Shown one piece after another: positions 61,459 to 63,799 of a DNA stretch of 63,799 bases. Below the pieces are notes generated by a model that ran no database searches, was not told where the DNA came from, and saw only the letters and a list, made by a program, of their open reading frames with translations. The position numbers were made by a program, and so were the translations under genes. The stretch comes from Catajapyx aquilonaris (taxonomy: Eukaryota): assembly GCA_000934665.2 (NCBI GenBank), contig KZ538099.1:62001-125799 (forward strand), written 5' to 3'. Positions within the stretch are counted from its first letter, which is position 1. Every line of letters begins with the position of its first letter.

Positions 61459-63492
61459 ACCTAGGGGCTGTTTCTACAAAGAGAAATTTTCACAAAGTGA
61501 AAAGAAGAAAGAAAAAAAAGTGGAAAGGATTCTTTTTTATACCGTGTGTGCAGGGGGAGGCATGGAGTGATCATTTGCATTCCTTTATAGACAAAAAAAA
61601 ATGTACTCGTAACTTTTTACAAAAATGTGCCTCCCCAGGGGGGACAGAGCACAAACCGTTTTTACATAACCCTCCCCTACCTGTTTTTTTGTTGTTGATT
61701 GTTGTCGGTTCATTGTTCAGCTGGTTCTGTGAGTGAAAATGACACCACAATCCCATAGATGAAGAGAGATAAAAAAAATTTTAAGTGCGCCGACACTTAC
61801 TAGATAGCAATAGGATTTGCCTCCTCATCCTATCTTCCCCTCGTCAGTTTTGGTGGATCAGCGCAGTTTTCTTTCCTGTCCTTTTTGGGTTGGTCCTTGT
61901 GGAGAAGCAAGAAGATGAAGAAGTGATGGAATTATAGTGTCTTGGTGGCCACGAATTTTGTGGCCAATAGTGATAAGTGCAGGCCTGTATAAAAGAGGAA
62001 GAAAACAACGTTCCGTATAAAAGACTGTGATACTGGAAGGGACACAATACCGTTTTACTTGTCAGTGGGTATGTTTCTGAAGAAGAAGAAAAGAAGCAAA
62101 CTTCCATTGTTCTTCTGCACTGTTGAGTTTGTTTTAACGGCAAGGGTTGGAAAAGGCCCAGTTTTGTTTTGACCTTGTCTGAAATTCACTATGTGTTTAC
62201 GAACCAATCTGGTGGTTTTTTTTCGTCTGTAGTTTCTTTTTCTCTTTTATAATTTTGTCTGATAGTTAGGTACGAACAATTTTTTATTTTTAATTCTCCA
62301 ATTTGTCACTGCCCACTATGAGCGTGAGCTTAGAAAATGTCACGTCCATGACTTTTTTTTTTTTGCCAACCGCTGTAAACAAAGCGTGCAGGGCATGCTA
62401 AAAAAAATTTGAACAAAAAAAAGTTGCCCAAGTAACAAGTTAGAAAGGTAGCATAAGAACTGGAAAAAAATCGGTTTGCCAACAAGAAGTTCCAGAAGAA
62501 GAAGAAAATTTTGCCCAGACGTGACATGGTAATAGTACCCTTCCTTGTACATATAACATCTTCCCACACACAACAAAAAAAAGTGTTTAATGTGACTGTA
62601 GGCTTTATAACACAGTTCCCAAGCCGGTTTTGTCGAGATTTGTTGAGTAATTTTTCTACCTAAAACACGTCCTAGTGTTGCCTTCTTCCCGCCATTTTTC
62701 AGCAAGGACGGATTTTTCCCCCCCTCTTTTTTTTCGGTGGTGCTGTGAATGTTTTTCTTACTCGGTCCATTACAAGCTGCGGAAAAAAATACAAGAAACG
62801 AGGACATGTTGTGTATGTGAAGGAACCACAAGACTTTTCTGAGGAGGTTGAGAGAGAGAGAGAATATTTCTGTATGATAGGTTGTAAGGTCAAAAAGGTG
62901 ACGAATAAGGCTGGGGTGGGGTTTAGATCAAGTGACGAGTGAAGAAGAAAAAAAAGGAGTGCAGTGAACATGAGGGTGTCCAGTTTACTCCATTTAATAA
63001 TTTTCGTTTGGTTTTATCTCCCCACCCTTTCAAATCCACCCACCATCTTTCCCAGTGTATACCGGTATGCATGTGTTGAGAGAGACAATAGTGCAAGTGT
63101 CGGTGTGAACGTAATAATTCCAAGTACCGAGTCAATGCAGTACGCTATACCTAGCCGCATCAGTTTAATGGTGTGCATATGAGACGTATGTGATGTGTGA
63201 TGAAAAAAACGCACATCTTTATTATTATTATTATTATCCCCCCCCCTCCTCATCGATCCTCGAATATTATTACGATTTATAATTATAATAATTATTACGT
63301 TAATTTTTAGTCAGCATAATATAGGATATATCAGTCTCCACCTTTTCCCCCCACCCAACCCCTTTTTATCCTGGATAGTCCAACCAAATCATGATTTGCT
63401 TACCTATCATGTTCTCAGGTCACATCCCTATAGATTTTTATTTGGTTTTACAAAATAATATAGAGTCATACCCTCGATGACAAAAAACATGT

Positions 63493-63498
63493 AATAAA
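63493..63498 (+). terminator. Probable polyadenylation signal (AATAAA) of the ABCG gene, implying a 3' UTR of about 2 kb
   Basis: First canonical AATAAA I found after the stop, followed by a GT/T-rich tract (ttgtttgttttttttt). Confidence 0.45.
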
Positions 63499-63799
63499 TT
63501 TTGTTTGTTTTTTTTTAAACGTGGAAATCAACGCTTCCAGGGTCACATTGTTTCCTCCGACATGCATGCACGTGACAGCGACGGGAGGGAGAAAATAATG
63601 CAGTATTTTTGTGTGTGACGAACTGGCTGATGATGAATGCAGCTGTTATTTATCTATATGGCATTTTGTAATGATTAATAATAATTGTAGTAAAACTTGG
63701 ATCCAATGCGGCCTCTGGAAGCATTTTTTTCCATTTATTATTTTGTGCCGCAGCTTGCTGGTCTTATTGTTACAGCATATAGTCCCAAATGCGAGGTGT

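Noticed and set aside
61456..61464. Stop-codon readthrough of the ABCG gene
   Set aside because: TAG is followed by ACC TAG, so any extension would be only two codons.

Overview
This is eukaryotic genomic DNA, most likely from an arthropod, with spliceosomal GT-AG introns. No prokaryotic operon, CRISPR array or intact transposase is visible. Two genes are supported, both on the + strand. (1) The last coding exon of PSMC2/Rpt1 (26S proteasome AAA-ATPase subunit 7) lies at 2736-2893; its upstream exons are outside the window. (2) A complete ABCG half-transporter was reconstructed by hand from 13 shared exons (52177-61458) plus two phase-compatible candidate alternative first coding exons (21178-21272 and 30848-30903). 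These give 740-aa and 727-aa isoforms across a first intron of about 31 kb or 21 kb. The rest is non-coding DNA with several miniature inverted-repeat elements: a near-perfect 622-bp Tc1-like MITE, a MITE nested inside another MITE, and other hairpin elements. There is also a CCAAT-box repeat array upstream of the distal first exon, a degenerate tRNA-like sequence, microsatellites and many G/C homopolymers next to assembly Ns. Almost all other ORFs in the track look spurious. I cannot support a wholly new biological system. The best leads are the dual N-terminus ABCG architecture and the transposon-interrupted CCAAT array upstream of it.
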